A stretch of DNA of 64,000 bases from Halarcobacter sp. (lineage in GTDB: Bacteria; Campylobacterota; Campylobacteria; Campylobacterales; Arcobacteraceae): positions 1 through 64,000 of the forward strand of contig OY781089.1 of NCBI GenBank assembly GCA_963676565.1, written 5' to 3'. A program made the position numbers and the translations under genes. The notes beneath the pieces are model-generated. The model made no database searches. It saw nothing but the letters and a program-made list of their open reading frames with translations, and had not been told where the DNA came from. Position 1 is the first letter of the stretch. Every line of letters begins with the position of its first letter. Positions 1 through 10,726 of the stretch are shown here, piece by piece.

Positions 1-561
1 TATCACACTGAATATTCAGCTATGAGATTTGGTTTATTCCAAGTTGGTGAATATGCAGCAATGTCAGCATCATGTGCAATTATAGTTACTTTACTTTTAG
101 GTGGTTATCAAGTTCCTTGGTTAGACACTGCAGCATTAAAAGAGAATATCACATATATTATTTTAGGAACTGTTATTGTTCTTCCAATTTTATTAATTCT
201 ATTTACAAAATGGATGAATAAAAACTATTATTGGTTAGATAAAGATGATTCAAGACAAAAAGAAAAAGGTATTTTAATAAAAGCATTCTGGACAATTGTA
301 ATTTTAGTAATGTTAGTTTTAATCATGTTCTTAGTAACAGGATTAGGTGAAAACGGAACAAATATTGCTGTAACTGCAATTCAAGTTGGAACATTCTTAA
401 TTAAATTCTTTTTAATGGCATTTGTTTATATGTGGGTTAGATGGACTCTTCTTAGAATTAGATATGACCAACTTCAAATGCTTGGATGGAAAGTTCTAAT
501 TCCATTATCAATCTTAAATATTGTAATTACAGCAATTGTTGTTGTAGCAATGGGGAGTTAA
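1..561 (+). CDS. nuoH: NADH-quinone oxidoreductase subunit H, 5'-truncated by the window edge
   Basis: Frame open from base 1 (YHTEYSAMRFGLF..GEY); C-terminal WVRWTLLRIRYDQL..LGWK motif; directly upstream of nuoI-N. Confidence 0.93.
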   Translation, partial: YHTEYSAMRFGLFQVGEYAAMSASCAIIVTLLLGGYQVPWLDTAALKENITYIILGTVIVLPILLILFTKWMNKNYYWLDKDDSRQKEKGILIKAFWTIVILVMLVLIMFLVTGLGENGTNIAVTAIQVGTFLIKFFLMAFVYMWVRWTLLRIRYDQLQMLGWKVLIPLSILNIVITAIVVVAMGS

Positions 562-563
562 TT

Positions 564-1070
564 ATGGGAATTAAAATTGTAGAAAGACATGGTAGGTCTT
601 TAAAAGATAAACTTTATATCCCTGCAATATTTGGTGGTATGAAGACAACTTTCACACACTTTAGAGAAAACCTAGGTGATGTATCTAAACTAAAAACAAT
701 GCAATATCCAGAGCAACAGCCTACTGATATTACAGATAGATATAGAGGTGTTCATAGACTTACAAAATGGGATGATGGCAGTGAGAAATGTGTTGCTTGC
801 TATATGTGTGCAACAGCTTGTCCTGCTCAATGTATTTTTATTGATGCAGAAGAAAGATTTGATGGTAAAGCTGAAAAAAGACCAAAACAATTCAAAATTG
901 ACCTTCTAGAATGTGTATTCTGTGGGTATTGTGTTGAAGCTTGTCCTTGTGATGCAATTAGAATGGATACTGGAATTTTTTCTTTTACAGCGGCTAAAAG
1001 AGAAGATTTTGTTGTAGACAAAGATAAACTTATGTCTTATGAGCGTTCAAAGGATTTTAGTAATGATTAA
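564..1070 (+). CDS. nuoI: NADH-quinone oxidoreductase subunit I (2x[4Fe-4S])
   Basis: CVACYMCATACP and CVFCGYCVEACP ferredoxin motifs, YPE..RYRG.H; ATG at 564 follows GGGGAG (the track start at 486 overlaps nuoH). Confidence 0.95.
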   Translation: MGIKIVERHGRSLKDKLYIPAIFGGMKTTFTHFRENLGDVSKLKTMQYPEQQPTDITDRYRGVHRLTKWDDGSEKCVACYMCATACPAQCIFIDAEERFDGKAEKRPKQFKIDLLECVFCGYCVEACPCDAIRMDTGIFSFTAAKREDFVVDKDKLMSYERSKDFSND

Positions 1071-1578
1071 TTTAGTATTTATTGGTCTTAGTTTCTTTGC
1101 AATAACTGGGGCAATTGCAATGTTAGTTTATAAAAACCCAATGTATTCAGCACTTGGTTTACTTGTATCGATACTTTCAGTTGCTGGTTTATTTGCACTG
1201 TTAAATGCAACATTTTTATTTATGGTTCAAATTATTGTATATGCTGGTGCTATTATGACACTTATTTTATTTATTTTAATGTTTCTTAACATTAAAGAAG
1301 AAGCTCTTCCAAAAGAGCCTAAGAAATATACTTTAATTGCAATTGGTGCAGCTATTATGATTCCATTTAATGTGGTTATTTTAAAAGCTGTTTCAAACTT
1401 ACCTAACGCAGATATGTCAATCCTTGAAAGTGATTTCGGTGATATTAAGCCAATTGGTAAGCTTTTATATAATGATTGGATTTTAGCATTTGAGTTAATC
1501 TCAATTCTACTTTTAATTGCACTAGTAGGTTCAATTGTATTAGCAAAAAGAAAAAAAATAAATAAGGAAGACTCATGA
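1063..1578 (+). CDS. nuoJ: NADH-quinone oxidoreductase subunit J
   Basis: QIIVYAGAIMTL and FELISILLL motifs; ATG 1063 after AAGGA. Confidence 0.93.
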   Translation: MINLVFIGLSFFAITGAIAMLVYKNPMYSALGLLVSILSVAGLFALLNATFLFMVQIIVYAGAIMTLILFILMFLNIKEEALPKEPKKYTLIAIGAAIMIPFNVVILKAVSNLPNADMSILESDFGDIKPIGKLLYNDWILAFELISILLLIALVGSIVLAKRKKINKEDS

Positions 1579-1889
1579 TAAGTTTAACATCATATGCATT
1601 TGTATCTATGATTCTTTTCTCAATTGGAGTTATTGGTGTAATTGCAAGAAGAAACATATTTGTTATCTATATGTCAATTGAGCTTATGTTAAATGGGGTA
1701 AATCTATTCCTTATAACATTTGCAAGATATCATTTTAATATGGATCCACAAATTATTACTATTATGGTAATCTCAATTGCTGCTGCTGAGGCCGCAATTT
1801 TCCTTTCAGTAATCATTTTATTATATAGATCAAAAAAATCTCTTGATACTGATATCTTTACAACATTAACACAAGGAGAAAAATCATGA
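1575..1889 (+). CDS. nuoK: NADH-quinone oxidoreductase subunit K
   Basis: SIELMLN and IAAAEAA motifs, ~100 aa, three TM segments. Confidence 0.95.
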   Translation: MISLTSYAFVSMILFSIGVIGVIARRNIFVIYMSIELMLNGVNLFLITFARYHFNMDPQIITIMVISIAAAEAAIFLSVIILLYRSKKSLDTDIFTTLTQGEKS

Positions 1890-3775
1890 TTGATACTTCT
1901 TTGTTAGTTTGGATTATTTTAGCTCCACTTTTAGGTGCAGCTTTAAATGGTGGATTATATTTTTATAATATTAAGAGAAAGCCTATTCCTGAAATTGTAT
2001 TTTCATTAGTAGGAACAGGTACTCCACTAATTGCATTCTTAATAACTTTAAGTTTATTTTTTACTATGCTTGATTCTGGGGTAACATATAAACAAGAACT
2101 ATTTACATGGGTTAATATTGGTGATTTAAATATCTCAATGGCATTTCTAGGTGATAAATTAGCTATTTTCATGTCTATGTTTGTAACATTTATTGGATGG
2201 TTAATTCATATTTATGCTATTGGATATATGACTAAAGATGAAGGTTTTGGTAAATTTTTTGCTTATTTCAATCTTTTCTTAGCATCAATGTTAATTTTAG
2301 TTTTAGCTGATAACCCAGTTATTCTTTTTATTGGTTGGGAAGGTGTTGGTCTTTGTTCATATCTATTAATTGCCTTTTACTATTCTGAATCAGAAAATGT
2401 TATTGCTGGTAATAAAGCGTTTATTGCAAATAGAGTTGGTGACTTTGGATTTATCCTAGGTATTGTAACTTTATTCTTTGCCTTAGGACAAGTTGATTTA
2501 AGTTTTGGTTCATTAGAATCAAACATTGGTAATGCCTCAACTGGATTACTTGCACTATCTGGATTCTTACTATTTGTTGGTGCAATGGGTAAATCAGCAC
2601 AGATTCCTTTATATGTATGGCTTCCTGATGCAATGGCAGGACCAACTCCAATTTCAGCACTTATCCACGCAGCTACAATGGTAACAGCAGGGGTTTATAT
2701 GGTTGCAAGATTTCACTTTTTATATAGTGGAATTGAAGAGATTGGTACATTTATTGCTTATATTGGTGCTTTTTCAGCCCTATTTGCAGCTATTATTGCA
2801 ACTAGACAACAAGATATTAAAAAGATTCTTGCATATTCAACTATGTCTCAATTAGGATATATGTTTATTGCTGTTGGTCTAGGTTTTTACAGTTCTGGAC
2901 TTTTTCACGTTTTAACTCACGCTTTCTTTAAAGCTATGTTATTCATGGGAGCTGGTGGTATGATTATTGCCCTGCACCATGAACAAAACATTTTTAAAAT
3001 GGCTCAACATAGAGTTAATCTACCAATTATTGGCGTAACATTTTTAATTGGTGTAATTGCTATTTCAGGAATCCCACCATTTTCTGGATTCTTTTCAAAA
3101 GATGCAATTTTAGCAGCAGCTTTCCAAGAAGGTCAATACTTAATTTGGTTAATCGGTATGTTTACAGCATTCTTAACTGCATTTTATATGTTTAGAATGT
3201 ATTTTATTTTATTTGTAGCTCCAAATAATCATGCAAAACCTTACGTAAGAACTTCTCCAACAATCACTATTCCATTACTAATATTAGCAGTGGGTGCAGT
3301 TGGAGCAGGATTCTTAAATCTACCAGCAGTTTTAGGTGGAGAACATATGGTTGATACATGGTTAGCTCAAACAAATTCGATTGAAATTCATATGTCTCAT
3401 GCAACTGAGTATATTTTAATGATTATATCAGTACTTGTAGCAGCAGCAGGTATCTTTGTAGCATATAAAAAATATGCGAACTTTGATATTAATAAACCTG
3501 AAAGTGAAGAAGGTATTATTGCTAATAAATTCTACATCGATGAGTTATATGATTTTGTATTTGTTAAATCATTACAAAAACTTGCAACTTTTATTGACAA
3601 AACTATTGATATGAAAATTATTGATGGATTTATCATGGGTGCTTGTAACCAATTTATTCAATTTGGTAAAAAAGTTGCAACATTACAAAATGCAAATGTA
3701 AGATTTTATGCAGCCTTCATGCTTGTTGGCATGAGTTGTGTATTTATATATTTATATATTTCGTTAGGATTATAA
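1886..3775 (+). CDS. nuoL: NADH-quinone oxidoreductase subunit L
   Basis: GKSAQIPLYVWLPDAMAGPTPISALIHAATMV, HAFFKA motifs. Confidence 0.96.
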   Translation: MIDTSLLVWIILAPLLGAALNGGLYFYNIKRKPIPEIVFSLVGTGTPLIAFLITLSLFFTMLDSGVTYKQELFTWVNIGDLNISMAFLGDKLAIFMSMFVTFIGWLIHIYAIGYMTKDEGFGKFFAYFNLFLASMLILVLADNPVILFIGWEGVGLCSYLLIAFYYSESENVIAGNKAFIANRVGDFGFILGIVTLFFALGQVDLSFGSLESNIGNASTGLLALSGFLLFVGAMGKSAQIPLYVWLPDAMAGPTPISALIHAATMVTAGVYMVARFHFLYSGIEEIGTFIAYIGAFSALFAAIIATRQQDIKKILAYSTMSQLGYMFIAVGLGFYSSGLFHVLTHAFFKAMLFMGAGGMIIALHHEQNIFKMAQHRVNLPIIGVTFLIGVIAISGIPPFSGFFSKDAILAAAFQEGQYLIWLIGMFTAFLTAFYMFRMYFILFVAPNNHAKPYVRTSPTITIPLLILAVGAVGAGFLNLPAVLGGEHMVDTWLAQTNSIEIHMSHATEYILMIISVLVAAAGIFVAYKKYANFDINKPESEEGIIANKFYIDELYDFVFVKSLQKLATFIDKTIDMKIIDGFIMGACNQFIQFGKKVATLQNANVRFYAAFMLVGMSCVFIYLYISLGL

Positions 3776-3776
3776 G

Positions 3777-5261
3777 ATGAGTGCAGATATATTATCGTTT
3801 ATCATATTTTTACCAGCTGTAGTAGCATTTGGTTTAATGATTACTACAAAGCATGTAGAAACAGTTAGAAATATTGCTTTTCTAACTACTACAGTTATAT
3901 TAGCACTTGTTTTAAAACTATATATTGATTTTGAACCAAGTGCAGGTATGCAGTTTGTAACTAATACTCCATGGATTGCTTCTTATGGAATTAATTACTA
4001 TATTGGTGTTGATGGTTTCTCATTAACAATTTTAATGATGATTGCTATTTTAATTCCTACAGCATATCTAATGCTTTGGGAGGGTAGAACTAAAGGTTAC
4101 TGGGTAAATATGTTACTAGTTCAAACTGGTGTAACTGGTGCATTATTATCTTTAGATGTAATTTTATTCTATTTCTTCTGGGAAGTTATGCTTTTACCAG
4201 TTTTCTTAATGATTGGTATTTATGGATTTGGAGATAAAGTATTTACAACTATTAAAGTAACTGTTTATACAATGTTAGGTTCACTTTTAATGTTTGTAGC
4301 AATTTTATACCTAGGAGTTGCATATTATAATGAATTTGGGCAATGGTCTTTCCAATACGATTCATTAACTCAAATTACTTCACTTGGATATAATGAAAAG
4401 ATCTGGTTATTTTTAGCATTCCTTTCAGCGTTTGCTATTAAGATTCCAATCTTCCCTTTACATACATGGATTATGGAAACATATAAAAATGCTCCAACTG
4501 GTGCAGTTTTCTTATTATCTTCAATTATGGCTAAACTTGGTGTTTATGCAATTGTAAGATTTATGATTCCAATTTTTCCAGATATCTATGTTGAATTCTC
4601 AACATGGTTTGTATTTATTGGATTATTTGGGCTTATTTATTTTGGTATTGCAGCTCTTATGCAAGATGATATTAAAAGAATGTTTGCATACTCATCAGCA
4701 TCTCACTTAAGTTTTATTGCAGCAGGTATCTTCTCATTAAATGAGTTTGGTATAAATGGTGCTTTATATTTAATTATTGCACACGCAATTGCAACTGGTG
4801 CACTTTTCTTATTAGTTGGAATTATCCATGATGAAACTGGATACAAAACAATTAAAGATTTAGGTGGATTAGCAAAACAATCTCCTATTTTTACAACTAT
4901 ATTTGCAATTATGCTTTTTGCAAATGTTGGACTTCCTGGAACAAATGGTTTTGTATCTGAATTATTAATTATCTTTGGTATTTATGAGTTTAATCATACA
5001 CTAGGATATATTTCAGCAGTAACAGTAATTATTGGGGCTTCATATATGTTATGGATGTTCCAAAGAGCAATCTTAGTAAAAAGAGAATCTGGTGAAGATT
5101 TAAAATTTAGAGATTTAAAAATTAAAGAGATAGTTGGACTAACTCCATGGGTAATTTTAGTATTCTTAATGGGTATATATCCAGATGTTTTCTTAGATAA
5201 ATTTGAACCAACAGTAACTCACTACTTAAATGATATTTTACAAATTGGAGCAACAAAATGA
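3777..5261 (+). CDS. nuoM: NADH-quinone oxidoreductase subunit M
   Basis: [33 protein letters not shown] motifs. Confidence 0.96.
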   Translation: MSADILSFIIFLPAVVAFGLMITTKHVETVRNIAFLTTTVILALVLKLYIDFEPSAGMQFVTNTPWIASYGINYYIGVDGFSLTILMMIAILIPTAYLMLWEGRTKGYWVNMLLVQTGVTGALLSLDVILFYFFWEVMLLPVFLMIGIYGFGDKVFTTIKVTVYTMLGSLLMFVAILYLGVAYYNEFGQWSFQYDSLTQITSLGYNEKIWLFLAFLSAFAIKIPIFPLHTWIMETYKNAPTGAVFLLSSIMAKLGVYAIVRFMIPIFPDIYVEFSTWFVFIGLFGLIYFGIAALMQDDIKRMFAYSSASHLSFIAAGIFSLNEFGINGALYLIIAHAIATGALFLLVGIIHDETGYKTIKDLGGLAKQSPIFTTIFAIMLFANVGLPGTNGFVSELLIIFGIYEFNHTLGYISAVTVIIGASYMLWMFQRAILVKRESGEDLKFRDLKIKEIVGLTPWVILVFLMGIYPDVFLDKFEPTVTHYLNDILQIGATK

Positions 5262-6763
5262 GTGAATTAATTCAAATATTACCAGTATTAACTATATTAG
5301 TAGCGGCTCTTGCTTTGATGTTTATGAGTATGTATGAGAGTAAATTTTCAACAAAATCATATATTGCAACTTCATCAGTATTTTTAGTTGCAGCATTAAT
5401 TATGTCATTTATTCCATTTGGAGAGAGTTTTTCAATCAAGCCATATGAGTCTTTTTTAAATAATGTTTTAATTTTTGACACATTCTCTAACTTTTTTAAT
5501 ATTTTACTAATTCTTGGTACGTTACTAACTTTACTTATTGGTGAGCATTATTTTCAACATAGAACTTATTTTAAAGGTGAGTTTTTCTCAATTTTATTAT
5601 TTGCTTTATTTGGAATGATGTTATTAGCAAATGCAAATGAATTAGTAACAGCTTATATTTCATTAGAAATTGCTTCATTTGCAGTTTATATTATGGTTGG
5701 TTACAACTCTGATGATAGTAGAAGAGTTGAAGCTATTTTCAAATACTTAGTATTAGGTTCGTTTATTGGTGCTTTCTATTTATTAGGTGTTGTTTTAGTT
5801 TATGGTGCAACTGCAACTACAAACTTAACAGAATTAGCAGCATTTATTTCAGCTAACGAAAATGGTGATTTAAGTCTTGTATATATTGGGTTAACATTAA
5901 TTTTATTTACTTTTCTTTTCAAAATTGCAGCATTCCCATTCCAATCATGGGTTCTAGATGTGTATAGAGGTGCCCCAATGATTATTACTGCATTTATGGC
6001 ATCAACATTTAAAATTGCAATTTTCTCATTCTTCTTAAGAACAATCTTACAAGGTATAGAACCAATGATTGATTTCTGGGATGGAATGCTTTATATAATC
6101 ATCATCTTTACACTTGTATTTGGTACATGGTTAGCAATCACACAAAAAATTATTAAAAGAATGTTAGCAGCATCATCAATTGTTCACACGGGTTACTTAT
6201 TATTAGCATTTATTGCTTTAGGTCAAAATATTGATGCAGCATATGCAACAGTATTTTATCTAATTGCTTACCTTTTATCTGCCCTTGGTTCATTTGGTAT
6301 TATTTCTCATATTATTTCTGACACTAAAGTTAGAGTTACATATGATGACTTTAAAGGTTTAGCAAAAGAGAGACCATTTTTAGCTGCAATGATGACTATT
6401 TTCTTATTCTCACTTGCAGGTATTCCTTCAACAATTGGATTTATTGGTAAATTTTATGTATTTACTGAAGCAATCAATGCAGGATATGCAGCACTTGCAA
6501 TCTTAGCAATTGTTGCTACATTTGTATCAGTTTACTACTATTTTAGACTTATTGCTATGATGTATTTCTATCCTACAAAAGAGGAATGTTTAACAAATGA
6601 CTTCAATGATAAAAGAGTTTCAACATACGCAATTGCATTTTTGGCAATCTTGACTGTTTTAGGTGGTATTGGAAGCGCAATAGTATTCTTTATACCAGTA
6701 TTAAATATCGATTCTTTAATTGAATTAACTCAACTATCAATTCAGTCATTATTTATTAAATAA
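5258..6763 (+). CDS. nuoN: NADH-quinone oxidoreductase subunit N
   Basis: [30 protein letters not shown] motifs; last gene of the operon. Confidence 0.95.
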   Translation: MSELIQILPVLTILVAALALMFMSMYESKFSTKSYIATSSVFLVAALIMSFIPFGESFSIKPYESFLNNVLIFDTFSNFFNILLILGTLLTLLIGEHYFQHRTYFKGEFFSILLFALFGMMLLANANELVTAYISLEIASFAVYIMVGYNSDDSRRVEAIFKYLVLGSFIGAFYLLGVVLVYGATATTNLTELAAFISANENGDLSLVYIGLTLILFTFLFKIAAFPFQSWVLDVYRGAPMIITAFMASTFKIAIFSFFLRTILQGIEPMIDFWDGMLYIIIIFTLVFGTWLAITQKIIKRMLAASSIVHTGYLLLAFIALGQNIDAAYATVFYLIAYLLSALGSFGIISHIISDTKVRVTYDDFKGLAKERPFLAAMMTIFLFSLAGIPSTIGFIGKFYVFTEAINAGYAALAILAIVATFVSVYYYFRLIAMMYFYPTKEECLTNDFNDKRVSTYAIAFLAILTVLGGIGSAIVFFIPVLNIDSLIELTQLSIQSLFIK

Positions 6764-6827
6764 TGATGTGTTGATATGTAACACATATGCATAATTTTTT
6801 AAAATTGTGTATACTTTCTCAACAATT

Positions 6828-6855
6828 AAAAAAGCCCCTGAAAAGGGGTTTTTTT
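6828..6855 (+). terminator. Intrinsic terminator-like hairpin after nuoN
   Basis: AAAAAAGCCCCT-GAAA-AGGGGTTTTTTT. Confidence 0.75.
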
Positions 6856-6984
6856 ATATCTTTTTGTTCATAATGCACAACATTTGTACATAACTTTGAC
6901 ATATAATAATTTACCAAAATAAGGTGATTTTAGCTATACTGATGCTATTAAAATCAATCAAAAATCAATAGGAAAGGATGTCAA

Positions 6985-7776
6985 ATGAGTGACCTAATAG
7001 AAGGTTATTTAGGTAAGACTGTAGAGAGAAAAAAAAGTAGGGTTCCAGCAAAGCTTGATTATATTCAAAGTGCGACGGGATTATTTTTAGGTCTTTTCAT
7101 GTGGGGACACATGTTTATGGTTTCTTCAATTTTAGTAAGTAAAGATTTTATGTACGCTGTTACAAAATTCTTTGAAGCGAGCTTTATTTTTGATGGGGGA
7201 GAGCCATTATTAGTATCGATTCTAGCATTTGTAATTTTTGTAATATTTATTACACACGCAGCAATGGGGATGAGAAAGTTACCAGGTAACTTTAAACAAT
7301 ACCAAGTAATGAAAGCTCATGCAGATAATATGGGGCATGAGGATACAAAACTTTGGTTCATTCAAGCATTTACTGGTTTTGCAATGTTCTTCTTAGGTTC
7401 TGTTCATATTTATATTATCATGACTCAAGCAGATGCAATTGGTCCATACGCAAGTGCGGACAGAGTATGGTCTAACTGGATGTGGCCATTATATATTCTT
7501 TTATTATTGGCTGTAGAATTCCATGGAACAATTGGTCTATATAGACTTGCTGTTAAATGGGGATGGTTTGATGGTGATGATCCAAAAGCTACAAGAAAAA
7601 AATTAAAAACTTATAAAAAAGCTTTAACTTGGTTTTTCTTGATTTTAGGATTTGCTACACTTGCAGCATATATGAAAATCGGTTATGAAAATGCACAAGC
7701 AGGAAAAGTTGGTGAAAGATATACTCCAACTGCACAAGTTATTGAATTAAAAATAAATGATGGGAGAGTTGCATAA
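6985..7776 (+). CDS. frdC: Quinol:fumarate reductase diheme cytochrome b subunit
   Basis: [39 protein letters not shown] resemble Wolinella/Campylobacter FrdC; first gene of frdCAB. Confidence 0.95.
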   Translation: MSDLIEGYLGKTVERKKSRVPAKLDYIQSATGLFLGLFMWGHMFMVSSILVSKDFMYAVTKFFEASFIFDGGEPLLVSILAFVIFVIFITHAAMGMRKLPGNFKQYQVMKAHADNMGHEDTKLWFIQAFTGFAMFFLGSVHIYIIMTQADAIGPYASADRVWSNWMWPLYILLLLAVEFHGTIGLYRLAVKWGWFDGDDPKATRKKLKTYKKALTWFFLILGFATLAAYMKIGYENAQAGKVGERYTPTAQVIELKINDGRVA

Positions 7777-9761
7777 TGAAAATTAATTATTGTGATGCGT
7801 TAGTTATTGGTGGAGGATTAGCTGGACTTAGAGCTGCTGTTGCTGCTCAGAAAAAAGGTTTAAGTACTACTGTTTTATCATTAGTTCCAGTAAAAAGATC
7901 ACACTCAGCGGCAGCTCAAGGTGGAATGCAAGCGTCTTTAGGTAACTCTAAAATGTCTGATGGAGATAATGAAGATTTACACTTTGCTGATACAGTAAAA
8001 GGTTCAGACTGGGGATGTGATCAAGAAGTTGCAAGAATGTTCGTACATACTGCACCAAAAGCTATTAGAGAGTTAGCTTCTTGGGGTGTGCCTTGGACAA
8101 GAGTTAAAGCTGGTTCGAGAGAAGCAGTTATCAATGCTAAGAAAACTACTATTACGGAAGATGAAGATAGACATGGTCTTATCCACTCAAGAGACTTTGG
8201 TGGTACTAAAAAATGGAGAACATGTTATACAGCTGATGCAACAGGACATACAATGTTATTTGGTGTTGCAAATGAAGCATTAAAACATGACGTTGATATC
8301 AGAGATAGAAAAGAAGCACTTTCAATTATTCACGAAGATGGTAGATGTTATGGTGCAGTTGTAAGAGATTTAATTACTGGTGAATTAGAAGCATATGTTG
8401 CAAAGGGAACTTGTATTGCAACTGGTGGATACGGAAGAGTATTTAGACAAACTACAAATGCAGTAATTTGTGAAGGTACAGGTGCAGCAATTGCACTTGA
8501 AACTGGAATTGCAACTTTATCAAATATGGAAGCTGTTCAATTTCACCCAACTCCAATTGTACCATCAGGTATTTTATTAACTGAAGGTTGTAGAGGTGAT
8601 GGTGGTATCTTAAGAGATGTTGATGGACACAGATTTATGCCTGATTATGAGCCTGAGAAAAAAGAGCTTGCTTCAAGAGACGTTGTTTCAAGAAGAATGA
8701 TTGAGCATATTAGAAATGGTAAAGGTGTTCCTTCTCCATATGGTTATCACGTATGGTTAGATATTTCAATCTTAGGAAGAGCACACATCGAAAGAAACCT
8801 AAGAGATGTTCAAGAGATTTGTCAAATCTTTAATGGTATCGATCCAGCTGATGAAGGACCAAAAGGATGGGCTCCAGTTCTTCCAATGCAACACTACTCT
8901 ATGGGTGGTATTAGAACTAAACCAACTGGTGAAACAACTAGATTAGCAGGTTTATTTGCTTGTGGTGAAGCTGCATGTTGGGATATGCACGGATTTAATA
9001 GACTTGGTGGAAACTCAGTATCTGAAACAGTTGTTGCAGGTATGATTATTGGTAACTATTTTGCTGATTATTGTTTAGAAAATGATGTAACAATTCCTAC
9101 TGCAACTATCCAAAAATTTGTTAATGAGCAAGAAGCATATATTGATGAGATTTTAGCATACAATGGAAATGAAGATATCTTTAGAATTAAAAACAGAATG
9201 CAAGAACTTATGGATGAAAAAGTTGGTATCTTTAGATCTGGTGAGCCTTTAGCTGAAGCTGTTGAAGAATTAAAAGAGTTATTACAAAAGACTAAACAAA
9301 TAACTGTTAAATCTAAAGAAAAAGCTGGTAACCCAGAACTTGATGAAGCATATAGAGTTCCAAAAATGTTAAAAGTTGCATTATGTGTTGCAAAAGGTGC
9401 TAGAGAGAGAACAGAATCTAGGGGTGCACACTATAGAGAAGATTATCTAAAAAGAGATGATGCAAACTGGATGAATAGAACACTTTGCACTTGGCCAAAT
9501 AAAGATGATTTAGAGCCAACAATTGAGTATGCAGACTTAGACATTATGAAAATGGAAATGCCTCCAGCATTTAGAGGATATGGTGCTAAGGGTATGATTA
9601 TTGAAAATGAACTTTCTGCAAAAAGACAAGAAGAAGTTGATTCTGTAAGAGAAAAAATGGAAGCAGAAGGAAAAGATAGACATGAGATTCAAGATGCTTT
9701 AATGCCATTTGAATTACCAATGAACTATAAAGAGAAAAATGAAAGAGCAGGAGACAAATAA
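7776..9761 (+). CDS. frdA: Fumarate reductase flavoprotein subunit
   Basis: GGGLAG Rossmann fold, [10 protein letters not shown] covalent-FAD His, [21 protein letters not shown]. Confidence 0.97.
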   Translation: MKINYCDALVIGGGLAGLRAAVAAQKKGLSTTVLSLVPVKRSHSAAAQGGMQASLGNSKMSDGDNEDLHFADTVKGSDWGCDQEVARMFVHTAPKAIRELASWGVPWTRVKAGSREAVINAKKTTITEDEDRHGLIHSRDFGGTKKWRTCYTADATGHTMLFGVANEALKHDVDIRDRKEALSIIHEDGRCYGAVVRDLITGELEAYVAKGTCIATGGYGRVFRQTTNAVICEGTGAAIALETGIATLSNMEAVQFHPTPIVPSGILLTEGCRGDGGILRDVDGHRFMPDYEPEKKELASRDVVSRRMIEHIRNGKGVPSPYGYHVWLDISILGRAHIERNLRDVQEICQIFNGIDPADEGPKGWAPVLPMQHYSMGGIRTKPTGETTRLAGLFACGEAACWDMHGFNRLGGNSVSETVVAGMIIGNYFADYCLENDVTIPTATIQKFVNEQEAYIDEILAYNGNEDIFRIKNRMQELMDEKVGIFRSGEPLAEAVEELKELLQKTKQITVKSKEKAGNPELDEAYRVPKMLKVALCVAKGARERTESRGAHYREDYLKRDDANWMNRTLCTWPNKDDLEPTIEYADLDIMKMEMPPAFRGYGAKGMIIENELSAKRQEEVDSVREKMEAEGKDRHEIQDALMPFELPMNYKEKNERAGDK

Positions 9762-10504
9762 TGAGCGAAGTTAAAAAAGGTAGAGAAATAACAATTTCAG
9801 TACTTAAATTTAATCCAAGAAGTAAAATTTCTAAACCTCATTATGTGGATTATAAATTAGAAGAAACTCCAGGGATGACACTATTTATTGCTTTAATGAA
9901 AATCAGAGAAACAATGGATCCAGATTTATCTTTTGACTTTGTTTGTAGAGCAGGAATTTGTGGTTCTTGTGGTATGGTTGTAAATGGTAAACCTGCACTT
10001 GCTTGTAGAACACTTGTTGCTAACTATCCAGAAGGAAAATTAACACTTCTTCCAATGCCTGCATTTGAATTAATTAAAGATTTATCTGTTAATACTGGTA
10101 AATGGATGGATGCAATGTCTAAAAGAGTTGAGTCTTGGATTGTTGATAATGATGAAAGCCACAAAGTTGATATTTCTAAAATGGAAGAAAGAATTGAACC
10201 AGAAGTTGCAGATGAAACATTTGAACTTGATAGATGTATTGAGTGTGGTATCTGTGTTGCTTCTTGTGGTACTATGTTAATGAGACCAAACTTTGTTGGA
10301 CCAGTTGGAATGAACAGAGTTGCAAGATTTGAAGTTGACCCACATGACAAAAGAACTGCCGAAGATTTCTATGAATTAATTGGAGATGATGATGGTATCT
10401 TTGGATGTATGTCATTGCTAGCTTGTGAAGACCACTGTCCAAAACACTTACCATTACAAAATAAAATTGCTTACTTAAGAAGAAAACTAGTAGCACTAAG
10501 ATAA
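9761..10504 (+). CDS. frdB: Fumarate reductase iron-sulfur subunit
   Basis: [32 protein letters not shown]. Confidence 0.97.
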   Translation: MSEVKKGREITISVLKFNPRSKISKPHYVDYKLEETPGMTLFIALMKIRETMDPDLSFDFVCRAGICGSCGMVVNGKPALACRTLVANYPEGKLTLLPMPAFELIKDLSVNTGKWMDAMSKRVESWIVDNDESHKVDISKMEERIEPEVADETFELDRCIECGICVASCGTMLMRPNFVGPVGMNRVARFEVDPHDKRTAEDFYELIGDDDGIFGCMSLLACEDHCPKHLPLQNKIAYLRRKLVALR

Positions 10505-10506
10505 AA

Positions 10507-10578
10507 GTATGAGAGGAATTCCTCTCATACAAAAACAATACAAAAAGTCAATTACTCATAAGAGTAATTGGCTTTTTG
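10507..10578 (+). terminator. Two tandem hairpins after frdB; the second is an intrinsic terminator
   Basis: GTATGAGAGG-AATT-CCTCTCATAC (10507-10530), then CAAAAAGTCAATTACTC-ATAA-GAGTAATTGGCTTTTTG (10541-10578). Confidence 0.75.
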
Positions 10579-10726
10579 CATTTCTAGGGATAAAAAAATT
10601 AGTTTACATAATTAATTTTTATAAAAGATTATATGATTTTAATAAAAAAATAAATCGGTTTAAAGTCATTTAACAAATATATAATTGCGCATTTTGTTAA
10701 AAAAGGTGCAAATAAGGATGGATGAA

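Noticed and set aside
6766..6786. Inverted repeat ATGTGTT-N7-AACACAT as an FNR/CRP site for frdCAB
   Set aside because: Only one half resembles TTGAT-N4-ATCAA and the spacing does not fit CRP
6864..6896. TTGTACATAACTT shared between the frdC promoter (6884-6896) and the prpB promoter (55773-55785)
   Set aside because: A 13-mer match between AT-rich intergenic regions is plausible by chance; needs cross-genome conservation
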